Source: Torpedo marmorata
Taxonomy: Eukaryota
NCBI GenBank assembly: GCA_977017645.1
Contig: OZ360232.1
Location: 32,674,001-32,738,000 of the forward strand
Direction of reading: 5' to 3'
DNA: 64,000 nt
Shown: in pieces, positions 11,530 through 23,572 of the stretch
Layout of the letters: every line of letters begins with the position of its first letter
How positions within the stretch are numbered: the first letter of the stretch is position 1
Translations under genes and position numbers: made by a program
The notes under the pieces: model-generated
The model's database searches: none
What the model saw: only the letters and a program-made list of their open reading frames with translations
What the model was told of the DNA's origin: nothing

Positions 11530-13841
11530 TTAATGTTTGTTGGAGTGGGCTGAGTCAGAGTGATAAGGCTTTGGCGAGAACAGGCTTTGGCGAGAACAGG
11601 TAAGAGGCGAGGGATAGTAGGAGTTGAAATAAGAAAGGGCCACCCTTTTTGAGGAATAAAAAGGATTCAGCAGGTAGGCACAGGTAAGGGCAGGTTTTGG
11701 ATATCATATATTTTGTTCCTCTAGTCATAAAAAGTGGGAATGGCAGCCAAGGCAGGGGAATGCTGCTCTTGCAGAATTTGGGTCGTCAGGGAAGCCAACA
11801 CTATTCCTGACGACTTCATCTGCGAGAAGTGCATCCAGCTTGTAGCTCCTGACTAGCCGAGTTAAGGAATTGGAGCTGGAGTTGGATGAACTCCGGATCA
11901 TTCGGGAGGCAGAGGGGGTGATAGACAGGAGTTACAGGGACACCATCACACCTTGGAGGCAGGAGGAGGATAGATAGGTGACAGTCAGGAGAGGGAAAGG
12001 GAACAGGCAGGCAGTGCAGGGCACCCCTGAGGCCGTTCCCCTCAATAACAAATATACCATTTTGGTTACTGTTGTGGGGGACGACCTACCAGGGATAAGC
12101 CACGGCGATCAGGTCTCTGGCACAGAATCTGGTCCTGTGGCTAAGAAGGGAAGGGAGAAGAAGTGGTGAGCTGTAGTGAGGGGATTCCATAGTTAGGGGG
12201 ACAGATAAGAGGTTCTGTGGAAGAGATCGAGTATCCCGGATGGTATGTTGCCTCCCTGGTGCCAGGGTCTGAGATACCTCAGATCGAGTTCACACCATTC
12301 TCAGGAGGGAGGGTGAGCAGCCAGATGTCCTGGTCCATATAGGGTCCAATGACGTGGGTAGGAAGGGTGAGGATTTCCTGCAAGGAGAGTTCAGGGAGTT
12401 AGGCGCTAGGTTGAAGGACAGGACCTTCGGGGTTGAGATCTCAGTATTGCTACCCGTGCCACGTGCTAGTAAGGTTAAAAATAGGAGGATAATGCAGCTT
12501 AACACGTGGCTAAAGACATGGTGCAGGAGGGAGGGCTTCATGTTTCTGGATCACTGGGCTCTCTTCCAGGGAAGGTGGGACCTGTTCCCATAGGATGGTT
12601 TGCATCTGAACTGGAGGGGGACTAATATCCTTGCAGAAAGGTTTGCTGGTGGTGCTCCGGTGGGTTTAAACTAGATTTGCAGGGGGATGGGAACCAGAGT
12701 GCCAGAGCAGATAGAGAAGTGGAGCAGGGAAAAGGAGATGTTAAAATTGCATGCACCGTTAGAAGTCAACGGGTTGTACGTGGTGGAAATGTTCTCAGGT
12801 GCATCTATTTCAATGCAAGGAGTATTGTAGGAAAGGCAGGCGAGCTTAGAGTGTGGATTGGCATGTGGAATTATGAGATTGTTTCCATTAGTGAAACTTG
12901 GTTGGAGGAGGGGCAGGACTGGCAGCTCAATGTTCAGGGCTTCCGTTGCTTTAGACACGATAGAACGGGGGGGGGGGGGGGGGAGGAGTGGCATTGCTCG
13001 TCAGGGAAAATATCACAGCTGTGCTCAGGCAGGTCAGACCAGAGGGAGCTGAGGAACGGGAAAGGTATGACCACACTCATGGGGTTGTATTATAGACTGC
13101 ACAATAGTCAGCGAGAATTGGAGGAGCAAATCTGTAGAGAGATAGCAGACAGCTGCAGGAAACATAAGGTTGTGATAGTAGATTTTAATTTTCCACATAT
13201 TGACTGGGTCTCCCATACTGTAAAAGGGCTGGATGTCTTGGAGTTTGTAAATTGTGTTCAGGAAAGTTTTCTAAATTAATATATAGAGGTACCAACTAGA
13301 GAGAGTGCAATACTGGATCTCCTATTTGGGAACAAGACAGGACAGGTGACAGAAGTACGTTTAGGGGAACATTTTGGGTTAAGTGATCATAATGCCATTA
13401 GTTTCAAGTTAATTATGGAGAAGGATAGGTCTGGGCCTCGGGTTGAGATTCTAAATTGGAGAAAGTCCAATTTTGAGGAAATGAGAAAGGATCGAGAATG
13501 TGTGGATTGGGATAAGTTGTTTTCGGGCAAGGATGTTCGAGGTAAGTGGAGGACCTTCAAATGTGAAATTTTGAGAGTACAGAGTTTGTATGTTCCTGTC
13601 AGGATTAAAGGCAAGGTTAGCAGGCATAGGGAACCTTGGTATTGGGGATCTGGTTCGGAAGAAGAGAGAGGTGTATAGCAAGTATAGGCAACATGGAGCA
13701 AATGAGGCACTTGAGTATAAAAAATGCAAGAAAAATCTCAAGAAAGAAATCAGGAAGGCTAAAAGAAGACATGAGGTTGCTTTGGCAGACAATGTGAAGG
13801 AAAATCCAATGATTTCTACTGGTATATTAAAAGGATAGTAA
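11530..13841 (+). mobile_element. CR1 LINE 5' half: ORF1 (Cys zinc finger plus SGNH esterase) and ORF2 APE endonuclease; pseudogenised
   Basis: ECCSC...ICEKC; DSIVRGTDKRFCGRD..RMVCCLPGARV; ORF 12677..13279 LRCIYFNARSIVGK...ISETWL; SDHN motif in ORF 13346..13678. The RT region is absent. Confidence 0.88.
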
Positions 13842-14048
13842 GATATATCAGAGAGTCTCAGAATTCAAACAATGGGGGAGGAAACTCCCCCATTGTTTGA
13901 ATTCTGAGACTTTCTGATATATCCTGCTTCTGCCTTTCTGATTTTTCCTTGAAGGGCTCAGGCCCAAAACGTCGGCAATATATCTTTGTCTCCTATAAAT
14001 GCTGAAAAGACCAGCTGAGTTCATGCAGCATTTCGGTGTTATTACTAC
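13842..14048 (+). mobile_element. Penelope pLTR preceded by a 39-bp fold-back hairpin
   Basis: Arms 13842-13880 and 13885-13923 (1 mismatch) with a GAAA loop, followed by gaagggctcaggcccaaaacgtcgg and the pLTR body. Confidence 0.75.
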
Positions 14049-14478
14049 AGAGAAAGGTTAAACAGGTTAGGACTTTATTCCCTGGAGCGTAGAAGAATGA
14101 GGGGAGATTTGATGGAAGTATTTAAAATTATGAGGGGAATAGACAGAGTAAATGTAGATAGGCTTTTTCCACTGAGGGTAGGTGAGATACAAACCAGAGG
14201 ACATGGGTTAAGAATGAAAGGGGAAAAGTTTAGGGGGAACATGAGGGAGAATTCTTCACAGAGAGTGGTGGGAGTGTGGAACGAGCTGCTAGCTGAAGTG
14301 GTGAATGCGGGCTCAATTTTAACATTTAAGAAGAATTTGGACAGGTACGTGGATGGGAGAGGTATGGAGGGCTATGGACTGGGTGCAGGTTAGTGGGACT
14401 AGGCAAAAAAAAATGGTTCGGCACAGACTAGAAGGGCCGAAGGGGCCTGTTCCTGTGCTGTAATGTTTCATGGTTCTA
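14046..14478 (+). mobile_element. CR1 LINE 3' end (relatively young)
   Basis: ORF 14097..14393 MRGDLMEVFKIMRGIDRV..LFPL...TRGH.L, then 3' UTR ending ctgtgctgtaatgtttcatggttcta. Confidence 0.9.
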
Positions 14479-14516
14479 AAGAGAATATTTATTTTTAAAT
14501 ATTAATTTAAAGATAC

Positions 14517-14763
14517 AAAGGTAAAGGTTCCATTACTGTCACGTAATACTACATTTAGAATGTAACATACATGAAATTCTTTCATTTTTGTCTACCGTAA
14601 GGCAGACAGAGGGTCGCTACTTTGTCCAGCTCCCCTCACAGAAACCTACAGCACCTGGTGTTCCTTGGTGTTCTCCCCTCCAAGTACTGACCAGTCCTGT
14701 GCCTGTTTAGCTTCCGAGATCAGACAATCCCAGTCGTATTCAGGCTATTGGTGCTGTTCAGGC
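14517..14763 (-). mobile_element. 5S rRNA-derived SINE (SINE3-like)
   Basis: Minus strand reads ...TCTGATCTCGGAAGCTAAACAGG...CTGGTCAGTACTTGGAGGGGAGA...GAACACCAGGTGCTGTAGG (5S-like, A box to C box), then a ~125-nt LINE-type tail ending in (ACCTTT)2. Confidence 0.8.
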
Positions 14764-15103
14764 TAAGCAAAACTATCTGCCAATAATATGTCATGAGATG
14801 GCAACATAACTACTGTTCATCAATGACTTACACACCTCACAGCCCTTCCACATATCCAGGTGTATCTAGGTATCTAAGTGTCACTCAGTTTTTCACAACC
14901 ATGGTCCCACTTATCCCCTCTGCAAAAGCATTAATTAAAAAAAGCAAGCTGCTGAATACATGACACTTTATTTTATTTGTTCCTTGACTGATTATCACCA
15001 TAGTGTTTGTACTTCTTAGCAAATGAAAAGAATGACAATAATAAAGCTTTTGAGATTACAAAGGGAGTCAGTGACATTCTTGGAAATGTTCTTGGTGTTG
15101 AAG

Positions 15104-15320
15104 TACAGCATGGTAACAGTCCCTTCCAGCCCACGAGTCCATGTTGCCCAAATACACCCATATGACCATTTAACCTATTAACTCGTACGTGTTTGGAATG
15201 TAGAAAGAAACCGGAGCACCTGGAGGAAACCCACTCAGTCACAGGGAGACTGTACAAACTCCTTACAGTGAGCGCTGGATTCGAACCTGCTTTGCTGGCT
15301 TTGTAATGGCATTGTGCTGA
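15104..15320 (-). mobile_element. HE1-like SINE
   Basis: Reverse-complement match to the SINE at 11070; abuts the truncated Gypsy integrase. Confidence 0.85.
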
Positions 15321-16981
15321 CCTGACTGTATTTCTTTAGGCAAACCGAACGAAGTGAAAAAATTTACTGGAGCCGCAGACGCAGTTTTTGCTTTAATAAG
15401 TGGTATTGCTTCAGGAAACCTGGAAGCTGTACACATAATAGTCAACAAATATTCATTTCCAGCTTTTGTTTTGGGCAATGGACCAACACAATCCAAAATA
15501 ACTTTAGAAAAAGGTTCTCCAAAAACAGGAATAGGGGTTAAAGGAGCAACTGGTGGACCCTGATTAGGTTTCCCCGCAACTTGACAAGTGTGACAGGTCC
15601 TACAAAATGTCTTAACATCTTTTCTTAAATTAGGCCAATAAAATTGTTTCATAATTTTATAGGTAGTTTTCTTTACCCCAAGATGCCCTCGTAAGGGTGT
15701 GCTATGGTCTAGGGTTAAAATTTCATCCCTATAATCTTTAGGAACTGCAACCTGATGAACAACTGCCCATTCTTCATTAGCAGGAATCTCAAGTGACCTC
15801 CATTTTCTCATCAATATACCTTCCTTGAAATAATATCCAACTGGCACTTTCTTAATTTCGTCAGCAGAGAGCGCTCTATCTCTGAATTTAACAAGATCAG
15901 GATCTGTCTCCTGCCTTTTTATTAATTTCTTTCAAGATAGTGACAAGTCATGACTCTTAAGTTTAAAATCAGAGTTCTGATCTAACAAAGAGAAATTTAA
16001 AGTTTTCGATGATTCATCACAGCCTGTTTGTTGCTGTATACCACAGCCTTCCTTTAAATCAATCCAGTACTTTTTTCACTGGCAAGGTTTTTAGACTTTA
16101 AATCAGTTTGCACGGCATGTTCTTTGCAGGCACTAATTTTTTTCATAGCTTTTAAATCAGTTTGCACAGCACTTTCTTCGCTGGCACTAATTCCCCATTT
16201 AGTTTCTAACTTAATTGGGTACTTTATATTACCTTCTTGAAAAGGTTGATTGGGCACAAATCTCACTTTGTGATAGTCGTCTGCAAATGTAGCAGAATTT
16301 TGTCCCTTTTTAAAAGTTTCACGGCTTTAATTTAAGCTCTGGATTTAAAGCATAATCATCTGTAAACTTAACAGAATTTTTCCAATCTTCCCTTTCTCTC
16401 TCAGACTCCCTTTGTATCTCTTGTCTCCTTTGTCTAAGCTTCTCTAACTCTAGCTCAAACTGCTTTTGTTCCCTTTCAAACTGCCTTTGCCGTTCTGCCT
16501 CCTCCAGTCTATTTCTTTCTCTCTCTCCCTCTAATTTAAGTTTTTCTATCTCCAGTGCATGTTGTCTATTGTCTTTCACACTCAATTCTAATTTTTTCTA
16601 ACTCCATCTCTCTCAGCTGTAACTGCTGCTCAAGAGATTTACTCTCAGGAAATTGTTTTAACACCTCATTCTTTTTCACCCTCCGCAAATCTGCAAAGTT
16701 TGGCGATTCTAAAAGCTTATCAAGTCTCATTTGGAAAGTTTCACTTGGCCCACACTTAGTTTTGGGGTTTAAAACATAATCATCTACAATTTTTGCAGAC
16801 TTTGACCAAGTCTCCACTTTCAAATCTACACAGATTGGCGTTGCCAAACATTTATCAAAACCCATTGCTGTTGTTTATCCACACACACAAGCATTTTAAT
16901 TTGCTTTCAAAAGAAATTTAACCAAACAAATTGCAAATTAATCGGTCAAATAAGCTCTCATTAAGCTCCAATTTTGGTCAA

Positions 16982-16999
16982 ATCCCGGACGAGCCCCCA
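16982..16999 (-). promoter_or_regulatory. Primer-binding site, tRNA-Pro
   Basis: Minus strand TGGGGGCTCGTCCGGGAT, an exact 18-nt tRNA-Pro PBS. Confidence 0.93.
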
Positions 17000-17003
17000 A
17001 TTG

Positions 17004-18032
17004 TGTTACGAACTAACAAACCTTGTTAGCACTAACAAAGGAACAACAATGGCAAATTCACCAAGCAATGATAAATTTTCAAATAACAGTTTTTATTAAA
17101 ATATTAATAACATAACATTTCTTACTTATCTTTAAACTTAACTCTAACTTAAACCCCACTATGCGCAAATGTAAATATGTATATGTGTGTGTGTTAAGAA
17201 TCCAAACCATTACAGTTTGGGCTTGATTCTGAAAAGTCCATTTTAAACTTCAACATTGTGTTGCTTGAAGATTTTTTAAATCGCAGTTCAGAATTAATTA
17301 TGGGGTGCTTTTAAACATCATGTCTTCAGATCTTTTAATCTCACAAGTCTTTTGATGAGTTGTCTTTCAGAGAGATATTCCTTCATACGAGTGATTTCAC
17401 AAACTCACTCTTATCTTGCCTAAGAGTTCCAGAGTCTGTTTTCCACAATTATTTCTTTCTTACTCAAGAGTAACATACGAGGCTGCCCTCTTTCTTCGAG
17501 GCAGTCGGAGTGGATATTTCTTTTAAAATACCACTTTTGGTGTTCCTCCTTTTATTAAGGAGAGCACAGACAGCTTTCCTTCTATAAAGGAAATATTGCT
17601 GCTTTATCAATCCTGTCTCAACAGGACAGCAAGTTCTCTTAAACTGACCCCTTTGTCTCTGATTTCGATAATATATTTCTTGCAAATCTCTCATGTCACA
17701 TGGTATGTGACATCATTTCTGTCTTTGAAGTTCATAATGTCTTCTTCACACTTACGTGCTAAAAGCATCTCTGTCCACTTAGACTCCGATCTGTCCAGTG
17801 ACCATTGAATCAAAAGGCCTGTGCTTGCAACCAGCAGTTCTTCTGGAGTCCTTTATTTTTATGACTGTGTACACAGCTTTTTCCTGAACAATGGATCCAC
17901 AGACAAATCTTCCAGCCTCTATTTCAAAGAACTCTCTGTGTGTTTAAAATGCAAATGTGTTGTCTTTGTGCCCCTGAAACCACCCAAAACTAACTTCACT
18001 AAGCCATATCTAGATGAAATATAGTTTTAACA
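17004..18032 (-). repeat. 5' LTR of the Gmr1-like element
   Basis: TGTTA...TAACA termini, directly beside the PBS; outer boundary inferred from the terminal inverted motif only. Confidence 0.65.
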
Positions 18033-18239
18033 TTAAACTAAAGATTAATCATAGCACATTTGCCACACTGTCCAATTGCCTTTTGAACATTGGAATAGTA
18101 TCTGATTCCACTATCCCTTCTGGCAGCACTTTCCAAATATTCAACACTCTCTCAGTGTGGGAAAACTTGCCCTTCACATCGCTTTTAAATTTTTCCCTTC
18201 TCACCTTGCCCTCATAGATTTAACCAGTTCCCCTTAACT

Positions 18240-18790
18240 AACAATCTCCTCCACCAGGCAGAATTTGAACCTACCCCTGTTCAACCATGCTAAACAACAG
18301 ACTCAATCAGAGACTCATTTAAAGACTTTTACTTTGCACTTTATTTATTACTGAATTTTTTTTTTGTATTGCACAGTCAGATTGTTTACATTTCTCTATT
18401 TGTTTACATTTCTCTACTCCTCAACGACAAACTCAATCAGAGACTCATTTAAGGACTCTTACTTGTGCACTTTATTGATTTTCTTTTTGTTCTCTCTGTA
18501 TTGCACAGTCAGTTTGTTTACATTCGTTATCTGTTTACAGTTCTTTGTTTGTTTAAATGTTTACGCAGATTACAGTTTATTTTTTGCACTACCAATTAGT
18601 GGTAAATCTGCCGCGCCCGCAGGAAAAAATAATCTCAGGGTTGTATGTGATGTCATGTATGTACTCTGACAATAAATCTGAAATCTGTATTTTTTCTTGA
18701 GTACAATTTACACGACCGATAAGTAGTCCTTCTGCCTGGCCTGCAGGGAAAAAATCTCATGTATGTAATCTGACAATAAATTTGAACTTG
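18240..18790 (+). mobile_element. Rex1/Babar-like LINE 3' UTR fragments with an internal tandem duplication
   Basis: Duplicated actcaatcagagactcatttaa block (~18300 and ~18430); tails ...ctgacaataaatctgaaatctg and ...gacaataaatttgaacttgaac. Confidence 0.6.
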
Positions 18791-18799
18791 AACTTGGCT

Positions 18800-19630
18800 C
18801 ACCCACCCACTCCAACCTCACCCCTTCCAAATGCACATCTCTCCACTCATTCTGCACCAATTCCAACAACATTATCAAACAGCAAACAAAGGCAGTGACT
18901 AGCATTGCGGTCTGGTGTATGACCTCTACCTTACAGAGGCTATACAGCAGCTCTTGGACATCACCTCACACCTTCTCCTGGACCACGGCCCACCAATGAC
19001 CATCAGGCCACTGTCTCTCACATTGTGACAGATCTCATCACTTCAGGACATTTCTCACCACAGCCTCAAACCCAGTACTGCTTGTTTCTATCTACAAGCT
19101 GGTCTGCCCTGGAAGACTCGTTGTTTCTGCCTGCTCTTGCCCCCTCAAACTTATTTCCTTATTGCTTAACTCTATCTTGTTCCCGCTTGACAAGTTTCTT
19201 CCTACCTACATCCGGGACACCTTGTATGCTCTTCACCATTTTAGCAACTTCCAAATTCCTTGGCTCCCACCACCTCATCTTCAACATGGATGTTCAGTCC
19301 CTATACACTTCCATTTGCCATGAGAAAGGCCTAAAGACCCTCTCTTTTTTTCTAGAAAATAGATCCATCCACTTCCCCTCTACGGACATTCTGCCCCACC
19401 TGGCAAAGTTGTTCTTACCCTGAATAACTTCTCTTTTGATTCCTCTTAGTTTCTACAAATCAAAGGTGCGGCCATGGGCCCCTACCTTTTCAGTGTTGAT
19501 GTGGAGCAGTCCTTGTTCCAAATCTGCTCTAGTACCACTCCCCAACTATTTTCACCACTGCATCGGCAACTGCTTTGGTGCTGCATGCAGAACTTATCAA
19601 TTTTATCAACTTCGTTACTAACTTCCAGCC
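18800..19630 (+). mobile_element. Penelope-like RT fragment (degenerate)
   Basis: LIFNMDVQSLYTSICHEKGLK in ORF 19025..19423 and a decayed QIKG.AMG motif. Confidence 0.8.
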
Positions 19631-19660
19631 AAGGCATAAGTTGTGGACAATGTCGAGAGA

Positions 19661-19908
19661 GGGGCGGCATGGTTGGCGTAGTGGTTAGTGCAACGCCGTT
19701 ACAGCGCCAGCGATTGGGACAAGGGTTAGAATCCCGCGCTGTCTGTAAGGAGTTTATACGTTCTCCCCGTGTCTGCGTGGGTTTCCTCCGGGGGCTCCGG
19801 TTTCCTCCCACCATTCAAAACGTACCGGGGGTTGTAGGTTAATTGGGTGTAATTGGGCAGCATGGGTTCGTGGGCCGAAATGGCCTGTTACCGTGCTGTA
19901 TGTCTAAA
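19661..19908 (+). mobile_element. HE1-like SINE
   Basis: Full-length match to the SINE at 11070. Confidence 0.9.
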
Positions 19909-19909
19909 A

Positions 19910-20382
19910 ACAACAGGATATAAATCAGTTACTGACCTGGGGTTCAGGTCCATAGCTCATTGAAAGTGGCCATGCAAATAGATAGGATGGTAAAGAAGGT
20001 ATATGGTATGTTTGACTTCATTGGGCAGGACATTGAGCACAAAAGTAAGGAGGTCATGTTGCAGCTCTATAAATTTTTGGTTAGGCTGGACTTGGAATAC
20101 TGTCTGCAATTCTGGTCGCCCCATCACAGGAATGATGTGGAGACTGGAAAGGGGACAGAAGAGGTTTACCAGGATTTTTCTTGTTTTAGAAGAGCGTATG
20201 AGTTATGGGGATTGGACAAACTTGAATTATTTTTTTCCTTGAAGAATACCTTGAGGAAGGGCTCAGGCCCGAAGCGTCGGTAATATACCTTTACCTCCTA
20301 TGGACACTGCGAGACCAGCTGAGTTCCTCCAGCACTTCTGTGTTTTTACTACAATCACGGCATCTGCAGGATTTCATGTTTC
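19910..20382 (+). mobile_element. CR1 fragment (19910-20240) followed by a Penelope pLTR (~20245-20382)
   Basis: KSKEVMLQLYKFLVR..LEYCLQFWSPH; taccttgaggaagggctcaggcccgaagcgtcggta. Confidence 0.75.
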
Positions 20383-20446
20383 ATAGGATTGGCATCATTA
20401 CTTTTGAAATTATATGTAAATTGCCTGGATTTGGGCGTGGGAAATA

Positions 20447-21448
20447 CCGTATATTTCGGCGTATAAGTCGACCCTTGAAACCCTCAAAAACGTCTCAAAA
20501 AACGGGGGTCGACTTATACGCCGAATATACTTTTGAGACCTTAAAATCAGCTCAAAATCCAGTTCACGCCGATTTGGCGTATAAGTCGACCCATGAAAAA
20601 CCGATTCGGCGTATAGGTGGACGCTGGAAGCACCTCCCCACCGCCGGCGCCGCCGCTCCCCGACACCTCCCCACCGCCGGGCGCCGCCATAAACCACCCA
20701 GACATTCTACAATTGTAGAGCACGAGGTCCCCGCTCCTGCTCGGGAGAACGAGCTCCCCGCTCCTGCTCGGGAGAACGAGCTCCCCGCTCCTGCTCGGGA
20801 GAACGAGCTCCCCGCTCCTGCTCGGGAGAACGAGCTCCCCGCTCCTGCTCGGGAGAACGAGCTCCCCGCTCCTGCTCGGGAGAACGAGCTCCCCGCTCCT
20901 GCTCGGGAAAACGAGCTCCCCGCTCCTGCTCGGGAGAACGAGCTCCCCGCTCCTGCTCGGGAGAACGAGCTCCCCGCTCCTGCTCGGGAGAACGAGCTCC
21001 CCGCTCCTGCCCGGGAGAACGAGCTCCCCGCTCCTGCCCGGGAGAACGAGCTCCTGCCCGGGAGAACGAGCTCCCCGCTCCTGCCCGGGAGAACGAGCTC
21101 CCCGCTCCTGCTCGGGAGAACGAGCTCCCCGCTCCTGCTCGGGAGAACGAGCTCCCCGCTCCTGCTCGGGAGAACGAGCTCCCCGCACCTGCTCGGGAGA
21201 AAGACGTCGCCGCACCTGCTCAGGAGAAAGACGTCGCCGCACCTGCATCTTCCCAGCCAGAACCAAAGGTTTTTTTTTACTTGCTTAACAAATTTGCTTA
21301 ACAAATTTTGGGTTGTTGCTGGGAGGCCCGGACAGCCTGAAAATTGGGGGTCGACTTATACGCCGGATATACCATAAAACCATTAAAATGAGGCTGAAAA
21401 AGGGGGGTCGACTTATCCGCGAGTCGACTTATACGCCGAAATATACGG
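20447..21448. mobile_element. Non-autonomous Tc1/mariner (Tc2/pogo-like) DNA transposon
   Basis: Perfect 26-bp TIR CCGTATATTTCGGCGTATAAGTCGAC; TA TSD at 20445-46 and 21449-50; subterminal GTCGACTTATACGCCG repeats. Confidence 0.92.
20724..21246. repeat. 27-bp minisatellite GAGCTCCCCGCTCCTGCTCGGGAGAAC, about 19 units
   Basis: Head-to-tail units, one shortened by 7 nt near 21050, diverging at the 3' end. Confidence 0.95.
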
Positions 21449-21623
21449 TAGATATTTGAAGTTTATTGACAATGCAGTTCTTGGCAATGTTGAAAATACT
21501 AAGGAGAATAGTTGCAGATCTTGGAGAACAGAGACTGGTGAAATGAACAGATATGACAGGTACAATTTCACGTCAATCATGCTGAAGTGATAGACTTTGG
21601 GAGAACTAGCTTGGCAAAGGATA

Positions 21624-22406
21624 CCGTATTTGATGGCATATAAGACCCACGGGCATATAAGACCCCCCCATTTCAGCAGGGAATATTAAGAATTTTTTTT
21701 AGTTTATTTACCGGTAAGCATTCAATGTTATTGAAATATGTAGCAATAGTATAGCAGAAAAGAAACTTGGACAAAACATGCAACTAGGACAACAGGAAAA
21801 ATCTTTTTAATAATAATACTGCTGTAATTTACAAGAGAAAGCAAAAGCAGCTTAGCTATAGCAGAAAACATTTTATAAAAACAAACTGCCGCTGTCGGTC
21901 CCCGCGCTGGTCCCGCTGCCCTGCTCTCTCGCAGTGGTGGGCTGTTAGGGGGGAGTGGGGCAGTGGGATCAGTATGGGGACTGGTGGCGGGCTGCCTTGG
22001 GGGAGCGGGGCGGTGGGATCAGTGTGGGGACTGGTGGCGGGCTGTCGGGGGGGAGCGGGGCGGTGGGATCAGAGTGGGGACTGGTGGCGGGATCAGTGTG
22101 GGGACCGACAGCGGGCCGCCGGGAAAGAGCGGGGCAGCGGGACCAGTGTGGGGACCGACAGCGGGCCGCCGGGAGGGAGCGGGGCAGCGGGACCAGTGCG
22201 GGGACCGACAGCGGGCCGCTGGGAGAGTCTCCCAACAGCCCGCCACCAGCCCCCAACGGTAGATGGCGGTGATGCTAGTGAGCCATGCAGCGACGATGAT
22301 CACTGTCGGCGTTACTCACCATTATCACCCTAATTTCAACCGCATATAAGAGCCGGGGGATATTTTTGAGGGGGAAAAAATGGGTCTTATATGCCATCAA
22401 ATACAG
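21624..22406. mobile_element. Second non-autonomous Tc2/pogo-like transposon with GC-rich ~56-bp repeats
   Basis: TIR CCGTATTTGATGGCATATAAGACCCA / TGGGTCTTATATGCCATCAAATACAG with TA on both sides; repeats at ~21950-22220. Confidence 0.88.
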
Positions 22407-22720
22407 TAATTAAAATAAATGGGCCTATTTTGTGCAGTATTTGACCAGAGGAATCTGGGGACTGATAATCAGAAGTCTTAGATGGCAAAGCAAGTGCTTG
22501 TGGCAATTAAAACATGAGGGCATTGAAAATAAAACCAAGCATTTACAAATTTGGTTGTCAGCTGGAGTAGTGTGTGCATTTCTAAATTGTACTTCAGGAA
22601 AGACGTCAATCACTGAAAATAATACATGTAAAATTATTAATAAATCATATTCATTTCACATCACGGAAGAAACAGGCCATTTGACCCATCAAGGCCATGC
22701 TGCTTCCAAGCTGAACAAGT

Positions 22721-23572
22721 AAAACACGAAAGTCTGCAGACACCGTGGTTGAAGTAAAAACACAATGCTGGAGAAACTCAGCAGGTCAAACAGTGTCCTT
22801 TATATAGCAAAGATAAAGATAAATAACCAACGTTTCGGGCTTGAGCCCTTCATCAAGGTATGGAAAAATGTTGGCAGGTGCCTGAACAAAATGGTGGGGG
22901 GAAGAGGGGCAGGGGGAGTAGCACGGTCCCAAAGGCAGGAGGTAATAGGTGGATGAGAGCACAAAAGAAAACGGGGAGGAGTGATGGCTGTGTGAATGGA
23001 GAGGGAAGGGGGTGGAGAACTAGAGGAAAGAAGACAGGGATAGGGAAGAGAGGGAGAACGGGGAGTGGTCTAGGAGAAACCAGAGAAGTCAATGATAATG
23101 CCATCCGGTTGGAGAGTGCCCAGTCGGAATATTAGGTGCTGCTCCTCCAAATTTACAGATGCCCCTGGTTTGACAGTTCATGAGGCCATGGAGTGGGGCG
23201 CAGAATTAAAATGGCCGCTAGGAGATCTCTGTCAATTATGTGGACAGAGCGAAGGTGCTCAGCGAAGCGATCTCCCAGTCTGCGTCTAGTCTCTCCGACG
23301 TAGAAAAGGCCACAATGGGAGCACCGGATGCAGTTGATGACTCCCACAGATTCACAAGTGAAGTGTTGCTTCACTTGGAAGGACTGTTTGCGGCCCTGAA
23401 TGGTGGTGAGGGAGGAGGTGTGGGCGCAAGTGGAACATCTCCTGCGGTCACAGGGGAAGGTGCCAAGAAGGCGATTAGTGAGAAGGGATGAGTGGACGAG
23501 GGAGTCACAGAGGGAGGGGTCCCTACGGAAGGCGGAGAGGGGAGGAGAGGAGAATATGTCTGTTGGTGGGAT
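22721..23572 (-). mobile_element. Penelope-like element 3' part: GIY-YIG endonuclease plus pLTR
   Basis: ORF 23153..23707 C..CSTC...FTCES.GVINCIRCSHCGLFYVGETRRRLGDRFAEHLRSV; pLTR at 22721-22860. Confidence 0.9.

Larger units (their letters stand above)
15321..18032 (-). mobile_element. Internally rearranged, 3'-truncated Gmr1-like Gypsy LTR element (LTR, PBS, gag remnants, integrase N-half)
   Basis: ORF 15263..15847 has the integrase zinc finger (H..HLG..CHTC) and DCVGPLP; closely similar to the integrase at 56161..57204. Confidence 0.88.

Noticed and set aside
14643-14763. Functional 5S rRNA gene
   Set aside because: Many substitutions, degenerate 5' end, no oligo-T terminator, single copy, fused to a LINE-type tail.
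20724-21246. CRISPR array or repeat-protein gene (ELPAPAREN repeats)
   Set aside because: Units are contiguous with no spacers; the ORFs arise because the unit lacks stop codons; it lies inside a TIR element.
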